This document shows, piece after piece, positions 62,115-64,000 of a DNA stretch of 64,000 bases. The notes beneath the pieces are model-generated. The model was not told the origin of the DNA, ran no database searches, and worked only from the letters and a program-made list of their open reading frames with translations. The stretch comes from Candidatus Zixiibacteriota bacterium (GTDB taxonomy: Bacteria; Zixibacteria; MSB-5A5; UBA10806), in NCBI GenBank assembly GCA_020348065.1, contig CP070742.1, positions 312,494 to 376,493 of the forward strand, written 5' to 3'. Each line of letters begins with the position of its first letter. Within the stretch, counting starts at the first letter, position 1. Made by a program: the position numbers and the translations under genes.

Positions 62115-64000
62115 TTATCTTATCACCATTAATTTACCCCTGGACGTTCCCGAAGGGAACTCAATGGCATATAGATAAACGCCGGGAGCAAGCTCATTGC
62201 CCCTCGCGTTTTTCACATCCCAGATCCAATTTCCGCCGGAACGAACCTTCTCGGATATCTTCACGATGTTTTCCGAAACGGTCATAATTGTGATATGGGA
62301 TCCCTCCGGGAGATTGGTAAATGTAATGTTTGAATGACCCTCTTTCACCATGAAAGGAACGGGATACGCATACATATCTATTGCCACCCCGAAACTTATC
62401 GCCGAAAACCATTCCAGGTTATCTATACCAGCCCGCCAATAATATATTTTTTCATTAGAAAGCGGTTGGGAAATTTCCCATATGGCGGTATTATTCGCGG
62501 CGATGGTGATAGGTCCCGACTCGATCGGCGAATCAAAGTCCACATTATCGTCAACCTGGAAATATATATAATTGTTGGCGTCTTCGCACGACGCTTCGAA
62601 GGTTGGAGTGAGGGTGTCAATTGTAGCACCTTCTGGAGGGAAGATACCGATGCATTCTTCCCCCGCCGCTACTCCGCCGCCCAGCGAAAAAGTTGCGGTC
62701 GATGACCAGTCGCTAAATAAGGAAGTATTATTCGACGAAACTGCTCTAACCCTCCAGCAGTATTCGACGCCGGAAATTAGACCACCAAATGATGCGATTA
62801 CCGTATCGGTAACCGAAAAAGGAAAAACTAACTCGGGGGCCGGGAAATTAATGAGCGTATCAAGCTCAAATTCATAAAATACCGGCATGCCGGCATCCAC
62901 TGCAGAGGCATAAGCAAGCGCGGAACTGCTGTCAATAATAGTCCCCAGAGTGTCAGGCGTTGGGATTATAGGAAGAGTCCGAACAGACAATGTTGATGAT
63001 GTATCTACAATACCTTCCGATGTATCCCAGGATATAGCTCTTATCTGGTATGTGGTATTTTGCTCCAAACCACCTATATGAATCGTGTCAGGATTTTGTG
63101 GAGCCACCACTGCATCTTTCCCGACAAACGAAGAGAAATTGTCCGTGCTCCATTGATATTCAGTCGTATCTACTGTTACATCGATTAATATATAATCGTT
63201 CTTTACATCTATGATAGACCACGTGGTATCCACTACACTTAGGACCTGCCCCAGTGAGTCATTGTAATCGTTCTGGTATGCGCCGTAATTATAAGCATAA
63301 AATGTGTCGCTAATCGGCGGCCCGGTAACCACCTGAACGCCCCCCAGTTCGTTGCTGGCTAATGGTCTCCTGAAGTCTCCTGCGGCAGTACTGTTGAAAG
63401 CGGGATCGGTGCCCACGACAGTGTTTGAATCCCACCCAAACCGAGAACGCCATGTCGCCAGATCAAAATGAGTTCCCGAACCGACAGCCTGAAAGGTCGT
63501 ATCTCCCGCTTGCACATAATACATATTGGAATCCAGCGTCCAGTAAAGAGAATCATTCCATAATATCTTACATATACCGCCGCTCCAACTATCATTTGCA
63601 TCCGGCACGAGGTAAACGATATTATATTTGAACCTGTTATCGCCGGTATGGTAATTTGCCGCATTCCAGTCACACGCTTTGAATCCGTTATAACTACAAT
63701 TAACCATCGTATTGTTCACAATTAGCAAATCGGTCTTATATTCGCTACCGAGAAATGCGCGACAACCTATACCGGTTGTCAAAACGCCGTTTCCGACGAT
63801 AACATTCCCATAAATACTAATATCGGTATAATCTGCAGTCAGGGCTATGCCGTTGCCCCCTGATGGCATTTCAATATAATTATGCCTTATGGCGCTATGC
63901 CAGCAATCCGATTTATATTTTATTCCCTTATAATATTCTCCCGCCACATAACAACTTTCGACAATCGCCCCCCACTGACTGTAAAAGCACAATCCAAATC
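62115..64000 (-). CDS. Secreted right-handed beta-helix / FN3 protein with FlgD-Ig/T9SS-like C-terminal domain, N-terminus beyond right edge
   Basis: The reading frame stays open to the window end. Beta-helix-like repeats (GNGI..NVIVGNG). FN3-like segments (YQIRAISWD; YCWRVRAVS). C-terminus YAYPVPF...GVYLYAIEF...GKLMVIR. Confidence 0.75.
   Translation of the reverse strand, partial: FGLCFYSQWGAIVESCYVAGEYYKGIKYKSDCWHSAIRHNYIEMPSGGNGIALTADYTDISIYGNVIVGNGVLTTGIGCRAFLGSEYKTDLLIVNNTMVNCSYNGFKACDWNAANYHTGDNRFKYNIVYLVPDANDSWSGGICKILWNDSLYWTLDSNMYYVQAGDTTFQAVGSGTHFDLATWRSRFGWDSNTVVGTDPAFNSTAAGDFRRPLASNELGGVQVVTGPPISDTFYAYNYGAYQNDYNDSLGQVLSVVDTTWSIIDVKNDYILIDVTVDTTEYQWSTDNFSSFVGKDAVVAPQNPDTIHIGGLEQNTTYQIRAISWDTSEGIVDTSSTLSVRTLPIIPTPDTLGTIIDSSSALAYASAVDAGMPVFYEFELDTLINFPAPELVFPFSVTDTVIASFGGLISGVEYCWRVRAVSSNNTSLFSDWSSTATFSLGGGVAAGEECIGIFPPEGATIDTLTPTFEASCEDANNYIYFQVDDNVDFDSPIESGPITIAANNTAIWEISQPLSNEKIYYWRAGIDNLEWFSAISFGVAIDMYAYPVPFMVKEGHSNITFTNLPEGSHITIMTVSENIVKISEKVRSGGNWIWDVKNARGNELAPGVYLYAIEFPSGTSRGKLMVIR

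Overview
64 kb from a bacterial chromosome of moderate GC. The T9SS-type/FlgD-Ig C-terminal sorting domains, a PorV-like barrel and an exosortase locus suggest an uncultivated FCB-group-like lineage; this is an inference, not a database result.

Gene content from left to right:
- 1-8.7 kb: secretome block with an S8 subtilase (cut by the window edge), an esterase-PKD-LamG protein, a 1300-aa multidomain protein and a PorV/PorQ-like barrel.
- 8.8-16.9 kb: three tandem paralogous genes built from alternating cysteine-rich modules. They share dockerin-like C-termini and show clear signs of concerted evolution.
- 16.9-17.8 kb: AT-rich scar holding a collapsed remnant of a T9SS cargo gene.
- 17.8-29.9 kb: MscS, TamA/TamB, an MscS-like/CNNM/CorA operon and a divergent NhaP-RCK antiporter.
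- 30.0-40.3 kb: GAF histidine kinase plus a sigma-54 enhancer-binding response regulator. Directly downstream lies a near-consensus sigma-54 promoter in front of a small Cys-rich protein, NuoE-like, NuoF-GltD fusion, NuoG-N-like and GltB-FMN-like genes.
- 40.5-45.4 kb: visibly AT-rich island integrated at tRNA-Ser(GGA), with a tyrosine integrase and an 18/20 direct repeat of the tRNA 3' end. It carries a tightly packed cassette: a histidine phosphatase interrupted by one in-frame TGA, an MBL-fold phosphodiesterase-like protein, a 4-TM-anchored guanylate-kinase-like protein and a truncated B3/B4 domain fragment.
- 45.5-55.1 kb: housekeeping genes mazG, OmpA-TSP3, TolC, purA, engB, clpX, clpP, tig and tRNA-Leu(TAG).
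- 55.3-61.9 kb: exosortase/EpsI locus with acyl-CoA ligase, AsnB-like amidotransferase, ACP and NadE-like genes.
- 62.1-64.0 kb: another secreted beta-helix/FN3 protein, cut by the right edge.

The best candidates for something undescribed are the island cassette and the Cys-rich paralogue array. No CRISPR array or rRNA gene was seen.
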